A stretch of DNA of 64,000 nt from an uncultured Acidimicrobiales bacterium (GCA_963759645.1 CAVXAI010000013.1:149571-213570), one strand, 5' to 3'. Numbered from the stretch's first letter, positions 1 through 9,866 are shown. The notes: generated by a model not told the origin, from the letters alone. Translations and numbers: made by a program.

Positions 1-330
1 CTCACGGCGGGCATCCGCGGACGCGGCCCGCACGTCGAGCTGGGCCCGGCGTCCGCGCGCACGCCGGTCGTTGCGGGCCAGGTTCGCGACGATCCTCAGG
101 AACCAGGGGCGGAACGGCCGAGCCGGGTCGAACGTGTCCATCGACTTCCACGCTCGCTCTGTCGCCTGCTGCACCACGTCGTCGGCTCCATCTGGTGACC
201 CGAGCACGACGGTCGCGACTCGGAGCGCGCCGGCGCGGTGGCGAGCCACGAGGTCGCCGTACGCCTCAGCGTCACCATCGCTGGGCGCGCCGAACGATTC
301 GCTCTTCCAGGTCGTCGATCCGTTCGTCCT
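1..330 (-). CDS. ECF-type sigma-70 factor, N-terminal part (the gene continues past the window start); apparent frameshift near 278
   Basis: Minus-strand translation of 270->1 gives AEAYGDLVARHRAGALRVATVVLGSPDGADDVVQQATERAWKSMDTFDPARPFRPWFLRIVANLARNDRRARGRR. This is sigma70 region 2 with the FRPWxxRIxxN signature. The expected preceding DDLEERIVRRAQR lies one frame off. Confidence 0.75.
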
Positions 331-367
331 ACTCCACCCGTCCTTGCTTCGGAAGTCGCATCTGAAT

Positions 368-1292
368 TCAGTCGCCGAGGAGGTAGCTCACCAGCGCCTC
401 GACCTCGGCATCGGAGAGGTTCAGGGTCGGCATGTTCGCCGTCGGCCCGTTCGGCCGGAACGCGGGCGAGATGAACGCGTTGGGCACCCGGATCGACTCC
501 GTGAGGTACTCCTCCGCGCTCATCCCCGGGCCGGCGATCGCCCGCGAACGAGGCCGCGTCCGAGAGGTTGGGGAACTCCAGGAACAGCGCCTGGCTGTCG
601 GGGCCGGTGTGACACGTCGCGCAGCCCTTCGCTTGGAACAGCGCCGCGCCGTCGAGCGCCGCTCTGGATGCCGGCGCCGACGGAGGTGTCGAGACCGTGT
701 CCCATCCGATGAACGCCGCGGCCGACGAGGGTGACCGCGCCGATCGCGGCGGCGACGCCCGTCTTCGTCACTGGCTCGCCGATTCCTTCCGCCGGCGACT
801 CGACGACCGCGTCGGCGATCGCGACTCCCGCGAGCACGATCGCGGCGACGGGCAGGAGGGCTCGAGCCGCGGACGGCCAGCGGTACGACGACGATGACTC
901 GACGGCGACCGGAGTCTCCAGAGAGGCGGACGCTCCGACGTCGATGACACCGAGCGACTGCGCCGCGAACCAACCCTGGCGGATCTCCCACGTCGACGGG
1001 CCCGCCTCGAAGACCACAGTCGCGACGTAGTGGCCCGTCGCTGCCGTCCTGCCGCGCGTCGAAGACCGCGATGGCACCCGACGGTCCAGTGATCGCGACC
1101 GCCACGTCTTCGAGGTCGACCGGCGTCACGCCGTGCTGGCGGATCGTGAACCCCACCTCGGTCTCCTGGCCCGCCACGGGCGGGTCCATCGGATCGAGCG
1201 TGCTCACCGCCCACCCGCCGGCAGAGCGCGGAGGGCGACAGGATCGCCAGCAGGGCGACGACGAGACCGAGACCGACCAGAAGCTTCCTCAT
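368..1292 (-). CDS. Secreted or membrane-anchored mono-haem c-type cytochrome with an N-terminal beta-rich domain and a central TM helix; about 4 apparent frameshifts
   Basis: A signal peptide MRKLLVGLGLVVALLAILSPSAL starts at 1292. Then come STLDPMDPPVAGQETEVGFTIRQHGVTPVDLEDVAVAITGPSG, HYVATVVFEAGPSTWEIRQGW and the TM segment ALLPVAAIVLAGVAIADAVV. FQAKGCATCH (CxxCH) is encoded at 609-623. The C-terminus reads MSAEEYLTESIRVPNAF...LSDAEVEALVSYLLGD. The pieces lie in three frames, with joins near 1228, 1040, 660 and 525. Confidence 0.6.
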
Positions 1293-1363
1293 GCCCTCAC
1301 CTACACCGGAGCGCTCGGTTCGGTTCCGCCGAGTGCCAGGATCCGCCGGTGGATGAGGCCGCC

Positions 1364-1757
1364 GTGAATGACCATGAGCTCGTCGATCGAAGAACGATCG
1401 CTCGGCGGAAAGCCCGACTCTGCAAGATCGTGCTTGCGCTCCCCGACACCACCGTGACGGGCGACCAGCACCTGAGCCTCTTCTACAAGGCCAAGAGGTT
1501 CGGCTACTACCTCGATGACCACCATGGCGACGGCGTGGTCGCGGCTGTCCTGCAAGGCGGAGCCGGGCGTGAACCAGGCCTTGGTGAGGGCAGATCCGGT
1601 CCGGTTCTTCATCCCCGCCTATGTGGGACCGAAGGGCTGGCTGGGATTGCGCCTCGACCTCGCCGACATCGACTGGGGGGAGGTCGAGGCGTTCGTGCAC
1701 GACGCCTACAGGCTCACTGCTCCTCGAGGGCGGGGGGATCGCCGAAGAAGCCCGTGA
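1364..1757 (+). CDS. MmcQ/YjbR-family protein (frameshift near 1555)
   Basis: VNDHELVDRRTIARRKARLCKIVLALPDTTVTGDQHLSLFYKAKRFGYYLDDHHGDG is in one frame. KAEPGVNQALVRADPVRFFIPAYVGPKGWLGLRLDLADIDWGEVEAFVHDAYRLTAP is in the next. Together they have the length and motifs of a YjbR-like protein. Confidence 0.55.
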
Positions 1758-2090
1758 TGCGCCGCAGGCGTCCATCGTCCGCGAGCTCGCCGACGTCGTA
1801 CCCGGCGATGGCGACTGCGCCATCGGGGCCGACGAGCTCCCAGCCGAACCGCACGAACTCGTGGTGCGCGTCGATGCCGGTCGTCCGCCGGAAGCTGTGT
1901 CCGGGGAAGTGTGTCTTCACCGCGACGGCTTGCTCGCTGATCGCGTCGTGGCCCTCGCGCTGCGAGCGGCGGGTCGACGAGCCGGCCCGTCGGGTCCCAG
2001 GCCAGCTCCACCAGCTTCTGCCGGCGGTCGGGATCGACCTCGCTGTAGGCCTCGAGATAGGTGTCGATGATCGTCGTCACGTCGTCCATG
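1714..2090 (-). CDS. NTF2/SnoaL-like small protein (frameshift near 1935)
   Basis: MDDVTTIIDTYLEAYSEVDPDRRQKLVELAWDPTGRLVDPPLAA joins to KTHFPGHSFRRTTGIDAHHEFVRFGWELVGPDGAVAIAGYDVGELADDGRLRRITGFFG. The gene is divergent from an MmyB-like regulator, which is a common pairing. Confidence 0.55.
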
Positions 2091-2160
2091 GGAGCTCCTT
2101 CCTGAGTGAATGAACCAATCCGTTTGAGACGACTCTCACGCAGCCGCGGCCGCTCTGCGA

Positions 2161-2197
2161 TTACCCGTTGGGTAACCGGCGCGCTACCTGAGAGGTA
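2161..2197. promoter_or_regulatory. Two inverted repeats sharing a TTACC half-site in a divergent intergenic region; candidate operator of the adjacent MmyB-like regulator
   Basis: TTACCC-gtt-GGGTAA is at 2161-2175 and TACC-tgaga-GGTA at 2185-2197. Both lie between the divergent starts at 2090 (-) and 2234 (+). Confidence 0.3.
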
Positions 2198-2233
2198 ATG
2201 GCGGCGAGCGCGCGCCGCCCGTACGTTCGGTTC

Positions 2234-3028
2234 ATGCAACGTCTCGTCGTCGGGGAGCTCGTACGCGACTGGCGGACGCGCCGCCACCGCAGCCAGCTCG
2301 ATCTCGCGCTCGGAAGTCGGGGTGTCCGCCCGCCATCTCAGCTTCGTGGAGACAGGTCGCGCCAAGCCCAGCCCGGAGCTCGTGCTCGCGCTCGCCGAGG
2401 GGCTCGAGGTGCCGCTTCGTGAACGCAACGCCATGCTCTTGGCCGCCGGCTACGCGCCCCGCTATGGCGAGACCCCGCTCTCCGACCCGTCGATGGCCCG
2501 TGTGCACGGAGCGCTCCAGCGTCTGCTCGACGCGCACGATCCGTATCCCGGCGTCGTGATCGATCGGCACTGGAACGTCGTGCTCACGCAACGCCGCCGC
2601 CGTCGACGCTCGTCGCCGGGTTGCCACCGGCACTCTTGGAGCCCCCACTCAACGTGTACCGGGTGTGTCTCCACCCCGACGGCCTCGCTGCTCGGACCCG
2701 CAACTTCCGCGAGTGGGGCGGCTATCTCCTGCAACAGCTCCACCGGGCGGTCGTGCTGACGAACGATCTCAGAGCTGATCGAGCTGCAGGAGGAAGTCAC
2801 GCGCCTACCCGAACGTGCGGGCAATCGGCGCCACCGCGCTGGGCGACGTGGGACGAGCCCCCGTTGCTCGTCCCCGTGATCATCGAGGTCGAGAACGCGG
2901 TGCTGTCGATGTTCACGACGCTCACCACGTTCGGCACGCCGCGAGATGTGACGCTCGATGAGCTCGCCGTCGAGCTGTTCTTTCCCGGCGATGACGAGAC
3001 GGACGCGATTCTGCGCGGCGCTCCGTGA
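2234..3028 (+). CDS. MmyB-like XRE-family HTH transcriptional regulator (about 4 apparent frameshifts)
   Basis: The HTH reads MQRLVVGELVRDWRTRRHRSQLDLAL / VGVSARHLSFVETGRAKPSPELVLALAEGLEVPLRERNAMLLAAGY. The MmyB-type C-terminal domain reads DPYPGVVIDRHWNVV..., LPPALLEPPLNVYRVCLHPDGL..., PVIIEVENAVLSMFTTLTTFGTPRDVTLDELAVELFFPGDDETDAIL. Joins are near 2312, 2590, 2765 and 2830. Confidence 0.65.
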
Positions 3029-3034
3029 ACGCGT

Positions 3035-4211
3035 TCACCGAGCCGCGGGCACCAAGTTGGTCGCGCTGATCACCCGCGCGAGCCACGTCGGCCTCGACGC
3101 GAGGACAGGTGAGGCGATGGCGAGGATGAACACGTAGAGACCGACGAATGGCGTGATGCGCGGGTCGAGTCCGGCGGCCGCCGCCAAGCTGGCGAGGATC
3201 AACGAGAACTCGCCCCGAGCGAGAACGGTGAGACCGATCCGCGCGGCTGCCTGAGGGCCCTGCTTGATCAGCCGAGCGGCGGCCACCCCCGCGAGCGTGT
3301 TGAGCACGAAAGAGAGGGCCACCGCCGCCAGAACCACCGGCAGCACGTCGGAGGCGTCTCCGGGATCGAGGCTGAGGCCGAAGGCGAAGAAGAAGACCGC
3401 GGCGAATGCATCACGAAGGGGCAGAACGAGCCGCTCGACGCGTGGCGCGACGACGGTCGCGGCGACGATCGTGCCGGCGAGAAAAGCCCCGATCGCGTCG
3501 GAGACGCCGAGCTCCTCGGCGACTCCCGCGGTCAGGAGGGCGACGCCCAGGAAGCCCACTGTCAGCAGCTCGTCATCCGGGGTCGCGATCAGCTTTCCGA
3601 CGAGAAACGACCCCTTCCTCGCGATCACCACCACGACGAGGACGAAGAGGAATGCGATCGCGACATCGCGCACCGCACCGAGCCCCGAGCTCCCGGAGAT
3701 GCACCGGCTGGAGCACCGCGAGGTAGAGCGCGAGGAACAGGTCTTCCACGACGACGATGCCGAGGATCAGCCGCGTCTCGGGGTTCGCGAGCCGCCGGAG
3801 CTCGACCAGCAGCTTCGTGACGATCGCCGACGACGAGATGCCGACCGCGCCGGCAATGACGAGCGCTTCACGTGTGCCCCAGCCGATGGCGAAGCCGAAC
3901 AGCAGGCCCCCGGTCAGGTTCAGGGCGAGATAGGTCGCCCCGGCGATCGCAAGGGGCTTGCCTCCCGAGGAGAGGTCGTCGAGCGAGAACTCGAGCCCGA
4001 GGTGGAAGAGCAGCAGGACGAGCCCGAGGGCGGCGAGAAACTCGAGGTCCTCGGGATGGTCGACGAGCGCAATGCCCGGAGTGTTCGGTCCGAACACGAT
4101 GCCCGCGGCCATGAACAGCGGGATCGTCGGCAGCCCGATCCGCCGGCCAGCGCGAGCGAGCAGGCCCGCCGCGAGGAACGCCCCACCGAGGGCGATGAGG
4201 AAATTCTCCAT
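3035..4211 (-). CDS. CPA2-family cation:proton antiporter (KhtU/Kef-like); frameshift near 3690
   Basis: ORFs 3573..4211 (MENFLIALGGAFLAAGLLARAGRRIGLPTIPLFMAAGIVFGP...) and 3035..3673 (...LARGEFSLILASLAAAAGL...) are the N- and C-terminal halves of one polytopic Na+/H+-exchanger-type protein. Its start codon overlaps the stop of the upstream KhtT-like gene. Confidence 0.8.
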
Positions 4212-4699
4212 CAGGTCACCACCACCGACAGAAATGTCGGGAGGTCCTCAGGCCGGCCGATGACGACGAGCCGATCGCCGACCTCGAGCGGCGTCGCGGG
4301 GTCCGGAGCCACGATCGGCGAGTCGCCCCGCACGATCGCGGCGATCGTCATGCGCGTCGTCCGGCGGACCTCGAGATCGGCAATGGAGCGCCCGACCCCC
4401 GGCGACCTGGCGTGCAACGTGACCCAGTCGATCAGCAGACCGCCGATGACCGCCTCGACCTGCGCCACGGCAGCGGGCTTGAAGTACACGCCCGCGAGGA
4501 TGGCGCCGACTCTTCTCGCCTGGTCATCGGTGAAGCTCACCGCGTCGGCTTCGCCGCGCCCCGAACCAGTCAGGTACAGGTCCCGGCGGCCGGAGTGATG
4601 GACGATGATCGTGACCAGCTGACCGGAGTCGTCGTGCAGCTGATAGCGCCGACCGATGCCGGGAAGGTCCTGCTCGGTGATGGGCTCTGGAGTGTTCAT
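4211..4699 (-). CDS. Antiporter regulatory subunit with a C-terminal RCK_C/TrkA-C domain (KhtT-like)
   Basis: 162 aa. The sequence LPGIGRRYQL...TIIVHHSGRRDLY is followed by RSIADLEVRRTTRMTIAAIVRGDSPIVAPDPATPLEVGDRLVVIGRPEDL. The gene is translationally coupled to the CPA2 gene. Confidence 0.8.
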   Translation of the reverse strand: MNTPEPITEQDLPGIGRRYQLHDDSGQLVTIIVHHSGRRDLYLTGSGRGEADAVSFTDDQARRVGAILAGVYFKPAAVAQVEAVIGGLLIDWVTLHARSPGVGRSIADLEVRRTTRMTIAAIVRGDSPIVAPDPATPLEVGDRLVVIGRPEDLPTFLSVVVT

Positions 4700-4771
4700 A
4701 GACGCGATCCTCTCTCCGGCACGCGCGTGTCGGGCGTGCGCCTTGATTCCGGGCCAGTGAGGTGCGGGCGC

Positions 4772-5077
4772 TCAGAACAGTGGAGGAGCTCGCGAGTGAT
4801 CTCTTCGGGCGGGCGCAACGGGGATGAGGCACGCGTCGGCCGCCGGTGAGATCGTGAGCGAAGCAAGGGCAACGAGCATCACGATGGCGGCGAGGATCGC
4901 CAACCCCGCGCGCGGACTCTCAACGGAGCCGCGTGCAGCGGTGACGGTCGCGTGATCGATGCCTATCCGCACTGACTCTGCGCCCGCGCTCGGCGGCTCG
5001 GAGCGAAAGGTGGCGCTCGCGCCGACCACGACCGTGAGTGCGACGGCAAGAAGTGCGAGCAGAGCTACGCGCCGCAT
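4772..5077 (-). CDS. Hypothetical small exported or membrane protein
   Basis: It has an N-terminal signal-like MRRVALLALLAVALTVVVGASA and a second hydrophobic stretch GLAILAAIVMLVALASL. I recognise no family. Confidence 0.3.
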   Translation of the reverse strand: MRRVALLALLAVALTVVVGASATFRSEPPSAGAESVRIGIDHATVTAARGSVESPRAGLAILAAIVMLVALASLTISPAADACLIPVAPARRDHSRAPPLF

Positions 5078-5119
5078 CGAGAGAGGCTACCAACGCGCCC
5101 CGCGCAAGCCTCCCGGCGG

Positions 5120-5524
5120 CTACTGAGACCTGGCCGGATGCACCTCGAGCGACCACGCGGAGAGGTGATCTGAACCATCCGGGCCGTCGACGCCGATCAC
5201 CCAACCGATCGCGGGCTCGAAGCTGAGCTTGGTGACCACGGCGATGCGATGGGACGGCGCGTGGTAGCAGGACGCGACAATCTCGCCGACTCCGGCCCCG
5301 AGGTCGAGCGCGATCCGGTTGCCAAATCCCCGAAGGCGCGTCCACCGTACCGGTAGCGGCGCTGTCGCCAGAAGGGCCGTGAGGTTGCGAATCGCACGAT
5401 CCCGAAACAGCACGGCGGCTTCGCGGTCGAGGTCGGTGTCGCTCCACTTGCGAGCCGAACCGATCGACATCGTCAACCCGACGAAGCAGAGGTACAGGAA
5501 CGGGATCAGCCACATCGCGCGCAT
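5120..5524 (-). CDS. Hypothetical N-terminally anchored protein
   Basis: The ATG at 5524 gives MRAMWLIPFLYLCFVGLTMSIG followed by a soluble domain. I recognise no family. Confidence 0.35.
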   Translation of the reverse strand: MRAMWLIPFLYLCFVGLTMSIGSARKWSDTDLDREAAVLFRDRAIRNLTALLATAPLPVRWTRLRGFGNRIALDLGAGVGEIVASCYHAPSHRIAVVTKLSFEPAIGWVIGVDGPDGSDHLSAWSLEVHPARSQ

Positions 5525-5605
5525 GCTTCCTCCTTCCCTCCGGGCAGAGCGTACGAAACTCGTCGGCCGCGGGCTCATCGAGTTCAAGCGGGACGGCCAA
5601 TCGGC

Positions 5606-6320
5606 TCAGACGAGGTCTCGGATCTCCTGGATGTCCTGGAGGAGCACCGTCAGGCCGAGGAGGGCGATCCCGACCCAGGCCGCGCGCACCACAAGCCGAG
5701 CGGCGCCGTTCCGACCGATCCCCTGCAGCGAGCCGCGCACCACACGCCAGACACCGATCACCACGGCGATCAAAACCGCAAGCACGATGTTGGCCGGGGA
5801 GAACGCGAACGCGACGACAAGCAGGATCCAGGGGCGGTACTTGCCGGTGTTCACCCACGTCCCCGGCCGGTCACACCACGCCAGCACCGGCCCGATGAGC
5901 GCCCCGAAGCACGCCGGGATCACGACGAACAAGGCGATGGCGAGCCAGGCGGGCTTGAGCAGGATGAAGTCGATGCCGTCGGCGTGGATGAGCGCTGACC
6001 CGACCACGACGCCTGCGCCGACGGCGCACGTGAGGTTGCGGAACCAGTCGGGGCCGACGAGCCACGGCCTCACCAAGGCGTAGACCACGGCGCCGACCAG
6101 CCCGAGGATGGCCGCGAACGAGATGAGGCTGAGCGTGCCCAACAGCGTGACTTGGCCGATCTCGAAGCCGTCGTCGGTGAGCACCCCGCTGACGGAGTCG
6201 GGCGACGTGAGGCGCAGGGTCAGCATTGCCAGCCGGCCCCCAAGGCCACCGACAACGACGCCGAGGAACACGCCGGCGAACACCAGCGCGCGGGTGCGGC
6301 GGAGTACATCGACGAGGTCC
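5606..6320 (-). CDS. Hypothetical polytopic membrane protein
   Basis: MDLVDVLRRTRALVFAGVFLGVVVGGLGGRL... is followed by at least 5 hydrophobic helices. The upstream part of ORF 5606..6709 is R-rich junk. Confidence 0.5.
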
Positions 6321-6378
6321 ATCACAGCACGGACGCTCGAGCGACGTTCGCGGGTGACAACGGGAGCAACATCTCCGG

Positions 6379-7272
6379 TCAGCCGTCGTCCGTCAGGACG
6401 GCATCCAACGTTTGTTGGCTCACCCCGCGCATCACGGGGTTGTCGGCCGAGCTCGCCAAGATCGCGAGCGCCAGGGCCAGCGCCCATCCCCGTGCACGTG
6501 CCCACGTCCCGTCGTCGATGTGACCCGCATGCGCTCGGAGCACGTCGCGGGCGTCCGCAGGAAGCAGCATCCACGCGACCGACAGATCGCCCGCGGGATC
6601 TCCCCCGGTGAGGTCGCCGAAGTCGACGACGCCCGACAGCTCGCCGTCGTGCACGATCAGGTTTGCGGGGTGAAGATCGCCGTGAAGCCACAGCGGGGGG
6701 CCATTCCACACGGGCGCGGCGACGAGCTCATCCCACAGCGAGCGCACCGCGACGCGGTCGATCGTCTCGCCGAGCTCCTCGACGCGCTCGCACGTGATCT
6801 CGTACCGGTCGGCGAGCGGCACGCCGCGGTAGGGATTGACCGGATGGTCGCTCGGAGCGGGTTGATGCATCGCGGCGAGGAAACGGCCGAGAGTCTCCGC
6901 CGCGCGCTTGAGATCGGCCGGAGGATGCACTGCCGCGCTCTCTCCCGGGAGCCAGCGACACACGCTCCACGACCAGGGATAGCCGTGCCCCGGTCGTCCG
7001 TTCCGGACCGGTGCTGATGTGGGGAGCGGCAATCGCGCGGCCAGCTCAGGGAGCCATCGCTGCTCGTGCTCGATCAGTGCGGCCGCGAGAGCCCGCCGCG
7101 GAAGCCGAACGACGAGGTCTCCGCCGAGGCGGTACATCACGTTGTCCCATCCCGAGGCGGACGCGCCGAGCTCGAGCTTCGCGAGATCGGGATGCTGCTC
7201 GGCGAGCAGGGCGCGGACGAGCGCGGCATCGATCCCCATCTCGGCGCCGGGCATCGGTTGGACGGGCATCAC
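6379..7272 (-). CDS. Aminoglycoside/choline-kinase-type phosphotransferase (APH family)
   Basis: The catalytic loop is WLHGDLHPANLIV and the metal-binding motif is VVDFGDL. The N-terminus IDAALVRALLAEQHPDL is typical of APH proteins. Confidence 0.8.
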   Translation of the reverse strand: MMPVQPMPGAEMGIDAALVRALLAEQHPDLAKLELGASASGWDNVMYRLGGDLVVRLPRRALAAALIEHEQRWLPELAARLPLPTSAPVRNGRPGHGYPWSWSVCRWLPGESAAVHPPADLKRAAETLGRFLAAMHQPAPSDHPVNPYRGVPLADRYEITCERVEELGETIDRVAVRSLWDELVAAPVWNGPPLWLHGDLHPANLIVHDGELSGVVDFGDLTGGDPAGDLSVAWMLLPADARDVLRAHAGHIDDGTWARARGWALALALAILASSADNPVMRGVSQQTLDAVLTDDG

Positions 7273-8139
7273 TCAGTACTGGATGACGTGGACCGGCTCG
7301 GCTGCACCGTCCAGTGCGACCGCCAGATCGTCGATGGACCAGTGCTCACGTCGATCGAGGACCGTCTCGTGGGGATGCGACCACATCGCGAGCTTGGAGC
7401 CGTTGAACGTCACCAGCTGACTGCGGAGGTGCGCGGCACGATCGCTGCACAGGTACACAACGATCGGCGCGACCGCGTCCGTTGTGCCGAAGCCGAGCTG
7501 GGCAGGGGTGGGCGCCGGATGCCCGGCGTCGACAGCACGCTTGGTTGCGTTTTCGAACACGACCTGGGTCATGTCGGTCTGCGCGATCGGCCAGAGCGCG
7601 TTCACGCGTATGCCGAACCGCTTCAGCTCGACATCCCACGAGTACAGCATCCCCATCACTCCCGCCTTGGATGCGGCGTAGTTCGTCTGCCCGACCGACC
7701 CTACGAACGCCGCGTTCGACACGACCTGCAGGAGGAGCCCGCCACGCTCCCGCATCGCTCTCGCAGCATGGCGACTCATCGACCACGTGCCGCGGAGGTT
7801 TACCGTGATGACCTCGTCGAACTCCTCCGGAGTCATGTTCATCAGCGTGCGGTCGCGGACGATGCCCGCGTTGTTCACGACCGCGTCGATGCCGCCGAAC
7901 GCGTCGACACAGGTAGTCACGACTGACTCGGCCAGCGCGTCGTCGGCGACGGAGCCGACCGCCGGGACGGCCACTCCTCCGGCGCTCGTGATCGAGTCGA
8001 CAACGCCCGCGACCAGCCCCTCATTCGTGCCGTTGACCACCACCTGCGCGCCCTCGGCCGCGACCGCGACTGCGAACGCGCGCCCGAGCCCCCGCGAGGC
8101 GCCGGTCACGACGATCCTCTTGCCGTCCAGGATGCCCAC
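7273..8139 (-). CDS. Short-chain dehydrogenase/reductase (SDR)
   Basis: Motifs present are VVTGASRGLGRA (TGxxxGxG), NNAG and YAASKAG (YxxxK). I prefer the GTG at 8139 as the start. The ATG at 8193 would overlap the divergent start at 8192. Confidence 0.8.
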   Translation of the reverse strand: MGILDGKRIVVTGASRGLGRAFAVAVAAEGAQVVVNGTNEGLVAGVVDSITSAGGVAVPAVGSVADDALAESVVTTCVDAFGGIDAVVNNAGIVRDRTLMNMTPEEFDEVITVNLRGTWSMSRHAARAMRERGGLLLQVVSNAAFVGSVGQTNYAASKAGVMGMLYSWDVELKRFGIRVNALWPIAQTDMTQVVFENATKRAVDAGHPAPTPAQLGFGTTDAVAPIVVYLCSDRAAHLRSQLVTFNGSKLAMWSHPHETVLDRREHWSIDDLAVALDGAAEPVHVIQY

Positions 8140-8191
8140 GGCGGGCGAGCGTAGGTGACTGCGAGGCGGACGGAGACGGTACGGTCCCGTC

Positions 8192-9025
8192 ATGCGCGAC
8201 GACATCGAGGCGATCGCGAGCCTTCTGATGGACGCATACGATCGGCGCGAGACGATCCCGCCGATCACGAGCGAGCATCCCGACTTCGACACCGACGCTG
8301 CCTATGAGGTGCTCGCCGTGATCGAGCAACGGCGTCGGGCGAGCGGCTGGCGGTCGGTTGGCCGCAAGATCGGCTTCACGAACCGGACGTTGTGGCCGCG
8401 CTACGACATCTGGCAGCCGATGTGGGCATCGATGTGGGAGCACGGGATCCACCCCGCCGACGATGGACGCGCCTCCTTCTCGCTCTTGCCCCTCGTGCAG
8501 CCTCGCATCGAGCCAGAAGTCGTGTTCTGCCTGCGCGAGGCGCTGGCCCCGACCGACGACGCCACCGAGATCCTCAGGCGCACAGAGTGGATCGCCGCGA
8601 GCTTCGAGATCGTGCACGCTCACTTCCCCGATTGGAAGTTCGCTGCCCCCGACTGCACGGCTGCGTTCGGGCTGCACGGAGGACTGGTGATCGGCACCCC
8701 GCTGACGGTCACCGACGAGAACCGAGACTCGCTCGTCGATGCCCTCCCCCGCACCGAGGTCACGCTGTCGAAGGGCGGCACCGTCGTGGACCGGGGGGTC
8801 GGGTCCGACGTGCTCGACAGCCCGGCCCTCGCGCTCGCCCACCTCACGCGAGTGCTGCACGAGCAGGGCGCGGCGCCGGTGCAGGCCGGCGACATCGTCA
8901 CGACAGGAACAATCACCGACGCCTGGCCGGTCGAGCCCGGCGACACATGGTCTTCGGACTATGGCTGCCTTGGCGTCGAGGGCCTCGTCGTGACGTTCAC
9001 CGACAGCCTCTCTCGCGACGAGTGA
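8192..9025 (+). CDS. 2-keto-4-pentenoate hydratase / HpcG-MhpD-like hydratase-decarboxylase family
   Basis: 277 aa with GRKIGFTN, PRIEPEVVF and AGDIVTTGT, consistent with the FAA-hydrolase fold. Confidence 0.75.
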   Translation: MRDDIEAIASLLMDAYDRRETIPPITSEHPDFDTDAAYEVLAVIEQRRRASGWRSVGRKIGFTNRTLWPRYDIWQPMWASMWEHGIHPADDGRASFSLLPLVQPRIEPEVVFCLREALAPTDDATEILRRTEWIAASFEIVHAHFPDWKFAAPDCTAAFGLHGGLVIGTPLTVTDENRDSLVDALPRTEVTLSKGGTVVDRGVGSDVLDSPALALAHLTRVLHEQGAAPVQAGDIVTTGTITDAWPVEPGDTWSSDYGCLGVEGLVVTFTDSLSRDE

Positions 9026-9028
9026 CCG

Positions 9029-9866
9029 TCACGAGTTGCGGGGCGGCGGAAACTTCACCGCCAAGCCCTTCGCACCCAGCTGATAGAGCGGGACGAGCTC
9101 GGGGATGCCGCGGAGCCGTTGGGCCCCGAGGCTGCGATAGCGCACCATCTCGACGGTGTCGCGTCCCGCGGCGTCGCGCGTAGCCCCCGAGACGACGATC
9201 TGCCCGCCATGTGAGACCGCGCAGATCCTCGCGGCAGCATGCACGTCCATGCCGATGTAGTTGCCTTCCGACACAGACGGCTCCCCGGTGTGTATGCCAA
9301 TACGCACTCGCACTGTGGCCGCGCTCGGCCAGGCGCGAGTGCGGAGATCACGCTGGATCGCGATCGCGGCGTCGAGCGCAGGTCCCGGCCGCTCGAAGAC
9401 GGCGAAGAGCTCGTCGGCCCTCGTCTCGACGACGGTCCCGCCCGCGCCGACCGCGGCGTCGATGAGGATGCCCCGAACGCTGTCGATGAGGTCGCGGTAC
9501 CCGTCGCCGAGCTGGTGGACGAGACCAGTTGAATCCTCGATGTCGGTCATCATCATCGTGACCAGACCTGACGGCAGAGCGAGTGGTTGCTTGGCCTGCT
9601 TCTTTCCCCGCTCGCGCTCGTTCTGCAGCTGCCCCGTGATGAAGCCGACCGGCACGATGCCGTACTTCTTCGCCGCGGTGAGGAGCTTCTTGCGGGCCCG
9701 CTCCCGGGCGGCCTCGTCCTCGAATGCGACCTGCTCGAACCGCGCGAGCGCATTGCGCACGTGGGGTTCATCGTTGATGGGAAGCCGGCGCTTTCCTTTG
9801 GAGTCGACGTACGCGAAGGCGCTGTCGGGCAGGTCGAGCGCGCTTGGTCGAGTCGAGCTTGGCCAC
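9029..9866 (-). CDS. Class III adenylate/guanylate cyclase with an N-terminal LPDSAFAY...HVRNALARF module (DUF6582-like, name from memory); frameshift near 9840
   Basis: The cyclase core reads VTMMMTDIEDSTG...VETRADELFAVF...RIGIHTGEP...MDVHAAARI. The N-terminus reads (V)AKLDSTKRA|LDLPDSAFAYVDSKGKRRLPINDEPHVRNALARFEQVAFEDEAARERARKKLLTAAKKYGI. The GTG start is at 9866. Confidence 0.75.

Noticed and set aside
768-1823. A 351-aa minus-strand ORF, plus the 312-aa ORF at 4920..5858 (-) and the 5' part of 5606..6709 (-).
   Set aside because: These are arginine-rich shadow frames. Only short embedded segments are believable, such as the signal peptide MRKLLVGLGLVVALLAIL at 1292.
8191-8194. Divergent SDR and hydratase genes sharing a CATG, so that their start codons overlap.
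   Set aside because: That arrangement would leave no promoter space. The SDR has a plausible GTG start at 8139 (VGILDGKRIVVTGASRGLG), which leaves a 52-bp divergent spacer.
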